Part shown: positions 47,935 through 55,785 of the stretch, in pieces
Numbering within the stretch: the first letter of the stretch is position 1
How the letters are laid out: each line of letters starts with the position of its first letter
DNA from: Candidatus Sericytochromatia bacterium
GTDB lineage: Bacteria; Cyanobacteriota; Sericytochromatia; S15B-MN24; VGJW01
Length of the DNA stretch: 64,000 nt
Direction: 5' to 3'
Assembly: GCA_035285865.1 (NCBI GenBank)
Contig: JAYKHS010000011.1
Coordinates: 32,001 to 96,000 of the forward strand
Notes under the pieces: model-generated
Told to the model about the DNA's origin: nothing
Databases searched by the model: none
The model's input: only the letters and a program-made list of their open reading frames with translations
Translations under genes and position numbers: made by a program

Positions 47935-49125
47935 GTGACCAGGTCGGATGCCGTGTCGGGATTCAGGGCCTCGGACTGGAGCTCCTTGGGGGCCATGGTC
48001 TCGGGAGGTTCGGCAATCGATTTGCCGAGGCTCGACTTGCCCGATGAGGCAGCGGCCAAGGCGTTTCTTGTAGGCTATGGTCTCGATCCGGACAATGATG
48101 ACGACCGAGCCGATCTCGCGCGCATCTTGCCCCTGTCCCGGCAGTTCATGGAGGACGTTCTGCTGCCGTGGCAACGTCTCGAGGCGTTGCCTGCCGAGCT
48201 GCCCGATCGGCCCGTGGCTCTGCTGCTCTCTGCAAGCCGCCTGACGGATCCGATGCGATTCTGGTCCTGTTCGGTGCTGCGCGTTGCCCACGCCGTAGCC
48301 CATGCCCTTTTCCTGCCCGGACGGGACAAGGTCACGGAGGCCCTCGCTCAGGTCGAAGGACGATTCCGCCGCCATCTGACCGAAAGCGATGGCCAGACAT
48401 GGCTCGGCCCGATCCCCTTGCATGCGATCCGCTTCAAGTCCGGCAAACCGTGGAACAGCCTTCTGCTCAAACTGCTCTGCAAGAAGGACAACGTCGCCGA
48501 GGAGATCTACGACCAGCTTGGCGTTCGCATCGTGACGCGTACTCGGGTCGAGGCGTTGGAGGTCGTCCGCTATCTGCGTGACCACCATGTCGTGCCCTTC
48601 CCGAACGTGAAGCCGAGCCGAAGCCACAATTCCCTCCTGGACCTCGAAGCGCTCGAGCGCCATCAGGCCGCCCTGTGGCAGGAGGTCGAGGACGGCAGCA
48701 TCGATCTCGAGACGTTCGAGACGCGCCTGCGCGCCTTTGCGGAAGGTCCTGACTTGCCGCCCGCGCGACGCAGGAATCCTTTCTCGGATGCGGACCGCCG
48801 GGCCATTCAGTTCACGGCGCGCATGCTCGTGCGCCGCGAAGCCGAAGGCAGAATCGAGCGGTTCTTCTTCCCGTTCGAGGTACAGATCCAAGACGCCCTG
48901 TCCTGGGAGGAAAGCCAGCGCGGACGTGCCAGCCACGAGGAATACCGCGAGCGCCAGCGCGAGGATGCTCGGCGCCGGGTCTTTCCCTGGGCGAGTTCCC
49001 TAGGCCCGCACGACGTCCCGCGTGATGGTGCCGCCACCGAGGACCAGGTCCCCGTCGTGAAAGACCGCATACTGTCCGGGGGCCACTCCCGGGACGGCAG
49101 CATCGAGACCAACGCGCCAGCCTGA
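47935..49125 (+). CDS. TIGR04552-like protein (RelA/SpoT-related nucleotidyltransferase fold)
   Basis: SAIDLPRL, FLVGYG, K.WNSLLLKLLCKKDNVAEEIYDQLGVRIVT, NPFS..RAIQFT, FFFPFEVQI, ASHEEYRERQREDARRRV. Confidence 0.75.
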   Translation: MTRSDAVSGFRASDWSSLGAMVSGGSAIDLPRLDLPDEAAAKAFLVGYGLDPDNDDDRADLARILPLSRQFMEDVLLPWQRLEALPAELPDRPVALLLSASRLTDPMRFWSCSVLRVAHAVAHALFLPGRDKVTEALAQVEGRFRRHLTESDGQTWLGPIPLHAIRFKSGKPWNSLLLKLLCKKDNVAEEIYDQLGVRIVTRTRVEALEVVRYLRDHHVVPFPNVKPSRSHNSLLDLEALERHQAALWQEVEDGSIDLETFETRLRAFAEGPDLPPARRRNPFSDADRRAIQFTARMLVRREAEGRIERFFFPFEVQIQDALSWEESQRGRASHEEYRERQREDARRRVFPWASSLGPHDVPRDGAATEDQVPVVKDRILSGGHSRDGSIETNAPA

Positions 49126-50058
49126 CGCACCCCGGCTCAGCTCGGCGGGAATCAACTGGCCACCGTGACGCACGCGCACCTCGACCCGCCGGCCTGCGGC
49201 CGGCTCAGCAACGGAGACCCAGCGGACGTCCTCGACCCCGAAGCCTTGCACCATGGTCTGCTCCCTGGTGCCCACGACCACCTGGCGCTCTTCGGGGAGG
49301 ACATCCAGCACGTAAAGGGGTTGCGGAGCCGCAACCCCCAGCCCGCGACGCTGGCCCACCGTGTAGTGCGTGGTGCCACGATGCGCCCCGAGAACCTGAC
49401 CGGAGAGATCCACGATGGGCCCCGGACGTTCGTGCTCGGGCAGATGACGCGCCAGAAAGCCCGATAGATCCTGCGACGTGAAACAGAGGTCCTGGCTGTC
49501 CGGCTTGTCCGCGACGTAAAGCCCCAGGGCCCGGGCCTCGCGGCGTGTCTCGTCCTTGGTCATCGAACCCAGCGGAGTCAGCAGACGGGACAGCTGCTCC
49601 TGGGTCAGGCGCCAGAGCATGTAGGCCTGGTCCTTGCGTGGATCGAGTCCCGACCGCAGCTGCCACCTTCCGGTCTCATCATCCCGGGAAACGCGGGCGT
49701 AATGACCGGTCGCGAGGTACTCGGCACCGGTCTGCGCACGGGCCGCCTGCCACATGTGGTCGAACTTCAGTTTCTCGTTGCACGTCGGGCAAGGGTTGGG
49801 AGTACGGCCATCGGCATAGGTCTTCAGGAACGGATCGACGACCTCGGCCTTGAACTGCTCCATCAGGTCCAGTTTCAGATGGGGAATGCCCAGACGATCG
49901 GCCAGTGCAGAGGCGTCGGCAATGGCCTCGGCCCCGCAGCAGGACGAATCGGGCCAGATGACCATCGTGACACCCACGACGTCATGACCCTCGGCAACGA
50001 GCCGTGCTGCGGCGAGCGAACTGTCCACGCCGCCGCTGAGACCTACCGCAATGCGCAT
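49000..50058 (-). CDS. mnmA: tRNA 2-thiouridine synthase MnmA
   Basis: SGGVDSS, TPNPCPTCN, ATGHYAR, KDQAYML, DSQDLCF, TVGQRRGL, PGQYAV. Confidence 0.96.
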   Translation of the reverse strand: MRIAVGLSGGVDSSLAAARLVAEGHDVVGVTMVIWPDSSCCGAEAIADASALADRLGIPHLKLDLMEQFKAEVVDPFLKTYADGRTPNPCPTCNEKLKFDHMWQAARAQTGAEYLATGHYARVSRDDETGRWQLRSGLDPRKDQAYMLWRLTQEQLSRLLTPLGSMTKDETRREARALGLYVADKPDSQDLCFTSQDLSGFLARHLPEHERPGPIVDLSGQVLGAHRGTTHYTVGQRRGLGVAAPQPLYVLDVLPEERQVVVGTREQTMVQGFGVEDVRWVSVAEPAAGRRVEVRVRHGGQLIPAELSRGASGWRVGLDAAVPGVAPGQYAVFHDGDLVLGGGTITRDVVRA

Positions 50059-50148
50059 CTGGTGAACCATGGCACGGGGCAAGTGTCCGACGCCCCGCTA
50101 GAATGGCATGTTACCAGAGCACAAGGCCTTTCCGGCCGGGAGGCGGGC

Positions 50149-51264
50149 GTGAACGCGGAACACGCGGAAGAACCCTCGGGACAGGACCCGCCCAAGCGGG
50201 ATGTCGACGCGTTTCCGGCCCTGCGCCGGGCTGTCTTCGACTTGGAGTGGAAGGTTCGCCGCGAGGCCAGCCAGACTGCCGACCGCATGGCCGAGTTGCT
50301 TCAGGAGGTCTTGCTGACCACGGCATGGGGAGCCGCGTCCATGGCCGACGGCCTGAGCCCCGTTTTGGTCGATCTGCGAGACCGCCTCGCAGCGCTGGAG
50401 GAGCTGGCCCACGGCCCCGAGGGCCTTGCCCACGAAACGGTCCAGAGGCTCGGCGCGCGTATCGACCAGGCGGAGAGTCTGGCGGCGGAAGCCATCGGCA
50501 TGCGCCCGGAGATCGAGCAGGGGATGGCTGATGCGCTGGTGCCGTTGCTGCAGGCGGCCGAGGCCACCGCCGTGGATCGGGAGACCCTCGGGCGTGTCGT
50601 GGCCGTGCTCGGTTCCATCGAGGACGAGGAGACAGGCTTGCCTGCCCTGATGCGGGCCGTGGCGGCGGTGGAGGCGGAGAACGCCCGACGCGAGGAGGCA
50701 CTGAGAACTCTGGCAAACGAAACGGGAGCCAGCGTCCTCAGGATGGAGGACAAGCTAGCGCGTTGGGAGACGACGCTGCAGGGTGCCAAAGATGTCCTGG
50801 TCACGTTGCCCGAGAAGCTGGAGCAGCTGGCTGCCGTCCATGCGCGACTCGAGGCGCTGGAAGTTGCGGATCGCCATCGCGGCGAGGTTATTGCGCGGCT
50901 CGATGCCCGCCTCCAGGACTGGAGTACCTCAATGGACCAACGTGTGACCGGTTTGCTGGACTTGGTCACGGACCTCCGCGATGACGTGGATGACAGCGTG
51001 CGTTCGGCCCAACTCGCCGCGCTCACGGCAGGCCTTGGCCAACAGCAGGTCGGCCTGAAGGAACTTCGCGACACCTTCCAGACGTGGCGCCTCGCACAGG
51101 ATGCCCTGCAGTCAGCAGCAGCCGCGCCACTCGGGCAGGATGAGGCAATCGCCAAAGTCCAGACGGAGGCCCGCCAGCAGATCACCCGACTTGCCAAGCG
51201 TCTCGAAGCCATCGAGCGCCACCTCGCATCGGGTTCGGGCGGCCGGGCGGCACCCAAGCCGTGA
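50149..51264 (+). CDS. Hypothetical long coiled-coil protein
   Basis: GGGAGG SD with GTG start; L/E/A/R-rich heptads; GTGA coupling to the HDAC gene. Confidence 0.7.
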   Translation: MNAEHAEEPSGQDPPKRDVDAFPALRRAVFDLEWKVRREASQTADRMAELLQEVLLTTAWGAASMADGLSPVLVDLRDRLAALEELAHGPEGLAHETVQRLGARIDQAESLAAEAIGMRPEIEQGMADALVPLLQAAEATAVDRETLGRVVAVLGSIEDEETGLPALMRAVAAVEAENARREEALRTLANETGASVLRMEDKLARWETTLQGAKDVLVTLPEKLEQLAAVHARLEALEVADRHRGEVIARLDARLQDWSTSMDQRVTGLLDLVTDLRDDVDDSVRSAQLAALTAGLGQQQVGLKELRDTFQTWRLAQDALQSAAAAPLGQDEAIAKVQTEARQQITRLAKRLEAIERHLASGSGGRAAPKP

Positions 51265-52406
51265 AGCCGGTCGTCTTTTCTGGCCCGGTATTCGGGGGAC
51301 ATCGGACCGGCCTCGAGCACCCCGAGTCGCCGGACCGCTGGACCCGATTGTCCGAGGCATTGGCTGGTCGCGAGGGTCTGATTCTCGAACCGCCCATATC
51401 GACAGGTCCCGAGATGATGCTCCTCGCGCACGATGCCGATTATCTGGAGAGGCTGATGGCCCTGTGCAGGGGGGGTGGGGGTTTCCTCGACGCAGACACC
51501 GTCCTCTCGGCGGACAGCTTCGACGTGGCGTCGGCTGCGGCCGGATCGACCCTGGCAGGCCTCGCTCACGCCATGGCGGGAACACCGGTCTTCGTGGCCG
51601 CCAGACCTCCGGGTCACCATGCCAGCCGCGCTCGCGGCATGGGGTTCTGCCTCGTCAACCACGTGGCGCTTGCCGCGAGGCAGGCCTGCAGCCTCGGCGC
51701 CGGTCGTGTCGCGATCCTCGACTGGGATGTCCACCACGGCAACGGAACCCAGGAACTGGTTACCGAGTGGCCGGATGTCGCCTTCCTCTCGCTGCATCAG
51801 GACGGCCATTGGCCAGGCACCGGTGCCACCGGAGATTCCTCAGGGGGGCGGATCCGCAACATCGGACTCCCGATGCGCACGGGGCATGAAGCCTACCTCG
51901 CTGTCTTCGAGCGTCTGGTTCTGCCTTGGCTCGACCGACAGGCCCCAGACCTCGTGATCATTTCCGCAGGCTTCGACGCCCATCATGCCGATCCACTCGG
52001 GCGGCTTTCGCTCGAAGCGAGGACCTTCCACACGCTGGCTCGCCTGGTGGCGGACTGGTGCAGGAACCGCCTCGGTGGAACCCATGTGCTTGCCGTTCTG
52101 GAAGGAGGCTACGAGCCGGTCTCTCTGGCGCGGTCCGTGATCGCCATGCTTCACGGGCTTGGTCCGGGACTGGACGGCATCGACATCAGCCCCGAAGAGC
52201 CGAGGTTCTTCCTGCCCCCCGACCGCTTTGCCTCCAGCACGCGGAACTGGCATGCGCTGTTCCCCGAACCGTGGATCAGCCCCTGCCCGACAGATAGCGC
52301 CGAGCCATCTGTTGCCGATGCTGCCGGTCCTGCGGCAGTTCACCCCGTCGCTCATCCCCAAGCAACATCATCAGGTTCGTCATCAGGACCGGATGGTCCG
52401 GACTGA
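51261..52406 (+). CDS. Histone deacetylase family (Zn-dependent amidohydrolase)
   Basis: HPESPDR, RPPGHHA, GFC, DWDVHHGNGTQE, SAGFDAH..DPLG, LEGGY. Confidence 0.93.
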   Translation: MKPVVFSGPVFGGHRTGLEHPESPDRWTRLSEALAGREGLILEPPISTGPEMMLLAHDADYLERLMALCRGGGGFLDADTVLSADSFDVASAAAGSTLAGLAHAMAGTPVFVAARPPGHHASRARGMGFCLVNHVALAARQACSLGAGRVAILDWDVHHGNGTQELVTEWPDVAFLSLHQDGHWPGTGATGDSSGGRIRNIGLPMRTGHEAYLAVFERLVLPWLDRQAPDLVIISAGFDAHHADPLGRLSLEARTFHTLARLVADWCRNRLGGTHVLAVLEGGYEPVSLARSVIAMLHGLGPGLDGIDISPEEPRFFLPPDRFASSTRNWHALFPEPWISPCPTDSAEPSVADAAGPAAVHPVAHPQATSSGSSSGPDGPD

Positions 52407-52815
52407 GCAGCAAGGCACGACGCAGCGCAGCTTCGGCCCAATCCGGGCGTCCGCCCCTGTGATGGCTTGCCGCCAGATTGTTGTGGGGCCTGATGTCTCG
52501 CCCGGCGAGGTCCACCAGCACGGAAAAGGCGGCGACGGCCTGATCGCTATCCCCGAGTTCGAGATTCAGACATCCCAGCAGGTTCCAGGCCGGTTGAAGT
52601 TCGCGATCCTCCTGCAGCAGCTCCAGCGTCAGGTCGCGGGCGGCCAATGCCGTACCGGCTGCAGCGATGTCCCACGCCTCGGCAAACCGGGCATGAACGG
52701 GAGATTCGTGAACGGCCACCTTCTTCCACGGCGTGCGCCAGGGGCGTACCGCTGACACCGGCCACGGCCAAGGCAGCAGGGCCAGACCGACCGACGCAGC
52801 GTCAGCCTTGTCCAT
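52276..52815 (-). CDS. TPR-repeat protein
   Basis: AWNLLG...A..F and HNNLA...AEAALRRALLLSPDH TPR patterns. Confidence 0.7.
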   Translation of the reverse strand: MDKADAASVGLALLPWPWPVSAVRPWRTPWKKVAVHESPVHARFAEAWDIAAAGTALAARDLTLELLQEDRELQPAWNLLGCLNLELGDSDQAVAAFSVLVDLAGRDIRPHNNLAASHHRGGRPDWAEAALRRALLLSPDHPVLMTNLMMLLGDERRGELPQDRQHRQQMARRYLSGRG

Positions 52816-53695
52816 GGTCCACGCGCGGTCGCTTCGCCATGACCTCAAGGCCAATCAGGGTCGTGGCAAGACCACCCTGTGAGGTTTCCTTGAGCTTCTT
52901 GGGCATGGCTTCGCCAATCTCCTTCATGGCCGAGATGACCTGGTCTGCCGGCACGAAACTGCGAATTCCTGCCAGGGCCATCTCGGCAGCGGTTGTCGCA
53001 TGGATGGCGAAGATGGCATTGCGCTTGATGCAGGGCACCTCGACGTATCCCCCGATCGGGTCGCAGACCAACCCGAGCGTGTTCTTCAAGGCAAGGGCCA
53101 TGGCTTGGATCGCCGCATCGGGAGAGGCTCCGGCCATCTCAGCCATGGCCCCCGCGGCCATGGCGGCCGAAACACCGACCTCCGCCATGCAACCTGCCTG
53201 AGCGCCCGAGATGGTGGCCCGATTCGCAATCACCATGCCTAGGGCTGCAGCAGTGAAAAGAGCCATCACGACCGCCTCGTCGTCGCAGCCAAGGCGCTGC
53301 TGAGCGCCCCACAACGCAGCTGGAAGGATGCCGCTGGAACCGGCCGTAGGGGCCGCCACGATGCGCCGCATGGCCGCCGAGCACTCGTTGACGGCAAGTG
53401 CCCGGGCCATGACACCGGCAGCCGTCTGGTCGACGAGCACGGGACGATGTCCGGACATCACCTGACCTGCTCCATGGGACAGGCCGCCCATCGTCCGCTG
53501 CGGAGCCTCGAGGCCCATCTCCATCGAACGCCGCATCGTGGCCCAGCGCTCACGCATGGCCACGAGAATCACTTCACGGTCGTGATGGCCTAGCGCCACC
53601 TCGTGCCTGAGCGCGACCTCGGCCAGCGTGATGCCATTGCCTTCGGCGAGCGCAACGAGATCCGCCATCGTGTCGAAGCGATAGGTCGGCTGCAT
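52802..53695 (-). CDS. sdaAA: L-serine dehydratase, Fe-S dependent, alpha subunit
   Basis: IVAAPTAGSSGILP, ISGAQAGCMAEVG, LGLVCDPIGGYVEVPCIKRN, KETSQGGLA. Confidence 0.95.
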   Translation of the reverse strand: MQPTYRFDTMADLVALAEGNGITLAEVALRHEVALGHHDREVILVAMRERWATMRRSMEMGLEAPQRTMGGLSHGAGQVMSGHRPVLVDQTAAGVMARALAVNECSAAMRRIVAAPTAGSSGILPAALWGAQQRLGCDDEAVVMALFTAAALGMVIANRATISGAQAGCMAEVGVSAAMAAGAMAEMAGASPDAAIQAMALALKNTLGLVCDPIGGYVEVPCIKRNAIFAIHATTAAEMALAGIRSFVPADQVISAMKEIGEAMPKKLKETSQGGLATTLIGLEVMAKRPRVDHGQG

Positions 53696-53707
53696 GGCGA
53701 GGCCTCC

Positions 53708-54385
53708 TCAAGCCAGACGGGGCAGGGCACGGGCCGAGACCATGCCGGGGATGGCCCGCGCAGCCCGGACCAGTTCGGCCGGCAACTCGTGATCGGCCTC
53801 GAGCGTCATGAAGGCGTGTGCCCCGCGATGGTGGCGGGCTACCCGCATGAATGCGATATTGACCGCATGGTCCGTCAACAAGGAACTTACCTCCTGCACG
53901 AGGCCGGGCCGATCCTCGTGGACCGTCACGAGCGTCGGAAAATCACCGGAAATATCCACGTCATAACCTTGGATGGACGTGATCCGCACGGCTCCTCCAC
54001 CCAGCGAACTGCCGATCATCTCGAGCGTCTCGCCCGCAGCGGAGCGAAGAACGAACCGCACGGAACAGGGGTGTACATCCGGACCGAGGTTGACGGTCCC
54101 GAAGGACCAGACCAGGCCAGCATCACGTGCGTGCTCGAAGGCGTCCTTAAGGCGATCGTCTCCAGAGGAGAAACCCAGGAGGCCAGCAACCAGAGCCCTG
54201 TCCGTACCGTGTCCGGCACCGGTCTCGGCAAACGACCCGTGCAGTTGCAACCGTGCCTCGACCGGCGTCTCACCGAGTAAGGCACGCGCCAGAGAACCCA
54301 GACGGGCAGCACCGGCCGTATGGGAGCTGCTGGGCCCAATCATGATGGGCCCGATGATAGAGAAAACGCTGTCGTAGGCGGCCAT
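53708..54385 (-). CDS. sdaAB: L-serine dehydratase beta subunit with ACT domain
   Basis: IGPIMIGPSSSHTAGA, GHGTDRAL, HPCS, SLGGG, DRPG. Confidence 0.95.
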   Translation of the reverse strand: MAAYDSVFSIIGPIMIGPSSSHTAGAARLGSLARALLGETPVEARLQLHGSFAETGAGHGTDRALVAGLLGFSSGDDRLKDAFEHARDAGLVWSFGTVNLGPDVHPCSVRFVLRSAAGETLEMIGSSLGGGAVRITSIQGYDVDISGDFPTLVTVHEDRPGLVQEVSSLLTDHAVNIAFMRVARHHRGAHAFMTLEADHELPAELVRAARAIPGMVSARALPRLA

Positions 54386-54422
54386 GGGAGTCATGATACG
54401 ACCAACAGGCCGGATAAAGCAG

Positions 54423-54461
54423 TGCGGCGGGGCAGTCGGGCTACCCGACCATCCCGCCGCA
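54423..54461 (-). terminator. GC-rich hairpin downstream of the lipoprotein gene
   Basis: GCGGCGGG-gca-GTCGGG-cta-CCCGAC-cat-CCCGCCGC. Confidence 0.6.
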
Positions 54462-54468
54462 ACACCAG

Positions 54469-55311
54469 CTAGAACTGTGCCGGTACCGGCTGCTGCGCCA
54501 CGCTTTCAGGCGTGAGGGCGAGCAGGACCTGCGCCGTGTCCCTGCGACGGATGGTCACCTTGTCCCGCAAACCCAGGCGATAATCGGCGCTCCGCGCCGT
54601 AACCTCGTAGGCACCGGCCTCGAGGCGTCCGATACGGAACAGCCCCTGTCGGTCGGCGCGGGCCCGCCAGATTCGGCCATTACCGAACGACCGCACCGTG
54701 ACCTCGGCAAGGGGCAGGACGACCAAGGAGCGCGCGTCATAGACCTTGCCCGCCATGCGCCCCTTGGACAGCAGGTCCCAGACGGCCCCGAAGTCAGGCA
54801 GACGTACAATGCAAGCCGTGACCAGCGTCTCTCCCTGCAGCCTGCCGCGAACCACGACCTTGCTGTTGAGACGTTGCGCAAGCAGGAGGCGTCCTTGCTC
54901 GTCACGACCCGCGAGGGGAATCGCCGCTTCTTTCTTCCACCAGAGCGAACCCTTGCGAATCTGCAGGAAGAACCGACCGTCTTCGTTGGACCGGATGAAG
55001 CCCACTCGGGTCATGCGCTTGCCCTGCGGCTCGGACGCCGTGGCCTCTGGCGACATGATATCGCCCTGCTCGGCGGCGAGGTCCGCGAGATCGGCCTCGT
55101 CGATCTCGTCCATGTCAGTCTGGAGGTTCAGGACCTCCATGTTTGCCTCGGGACCAACCTCGGCATCCCGCGCCCCGAACACGGGCTGGGAGGCGGTCGG
55201 CACCTGGGAGCGTGCCGCGAGGCTTGCCTGCGGGGCAACCTGACCGCAGCCCACGACGGCCAGCACCACCGCCATCGCCGCCAGTCGCGGGAATGCAACG
55301 CGAACAAACAT
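54469..55311 (-). CDS. Lipoprotein with C-terminal carboxypeptidase-regulatory-like (prealbumin-fold) domain
   Basis: VVGC lipobox; GRMAGKVYD...LPLAEVTV...ADRQGLFRI.RLEAGAYEVTA. Confidence 0.78.
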   Translation of the reverse strand: MFVRVAFPRLAAMAVVLAVVGCGQVAPQASLAARSQVPTASQPVFGARDAEVGPEANMEVLNLQTDMDEIDEADLADLAAEQGDIMSPEATASEPQGKRMTRVGFIRSNEDGRFFLQIRKGSLWWKKEAAIPLAGRDEQGRLLLAQRLNSKVVVRGRLQGETLVTACIVRLPDFGAVWDLLSKGRMAGKVYDARSLVVLPLAEVTVRSFGNGRIWRARADRQGLFRIGRLEAGAYEVTARSADYRLGLRDKVTIRRRDTAQVLLALTPESVAQQPVPAQF

Positions 55312-55351
55312 GAAGAACCCCCCGGGCCCAAGGAAGCCTGTAACTGCTTTC

Positions 55352-55405
55352 CTATCGCCGCGGGGGGTGCCGGACGGGGTAAATCCCTTGATAAGCCTTC
55401 GTTAA
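55352..55405 (-). promoter_or_regulatory. 11-bp periodic box plus sigma28-like -10
   Basis: Minus strand: TTAAC(55405-01)-N6-TTATC-N6-TTTAC(55383-79)-N19-GGCGATAG(55359-52). Confidence 0.55.
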
Positions 55406-55415
55406 GAAAAGGCGA

Positions 55416-55688
55416 TCAACGCGCGTTCTGGTTGACGAGCTTCATCAAGCGCGACTTGCGCCGAGCCGCCGTGTTGGGGTGCATCACGCCCTTGCGCACC
55501 GCGACGTCGATGGTGCTGATCGCCTCACGGATGAGCTGATCGGGCACAGGACCGGAGGAGGTGTCCAGAGCCTGCTCACGAACCTTGCGGAAGCGGGTCT
55601 TCACCTCGGACTTCACGGCGACGTTGCGCTTGCGGTTGCGATCGGCGATCTCGGCCCGCTTGATGGCCGACTTGGTCCGCTTGGCCAA
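55416..55688 (-). CDS. rpsT: 30S ribosomal protein S20
   Basis: KSAIKR...RNRKRN..KSEVKT, IDVAVRKGVMHPNTAARRKSRL; GAGGAG SD with TTG start. Confidence 0.96.
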   Translation of the reverse strand: MAKRTKSAIKRAEIADRNRKRNVAVKSEVKTRFRKVREQALDTSSGPVPDQLIREAISTIDVAVRKGVMHPNTAARRKSRLMKLVNQNAR

Positions 55689-55785
55689 GGGTAACTCCTC
55701 AATCAATCAAAAAAGACAGAACTGAAGCTGAAGTCTAGCAAAGGACCAGGCGTTCCGCAAGTCCCCACGGCCCTCGTCCGTAGGT

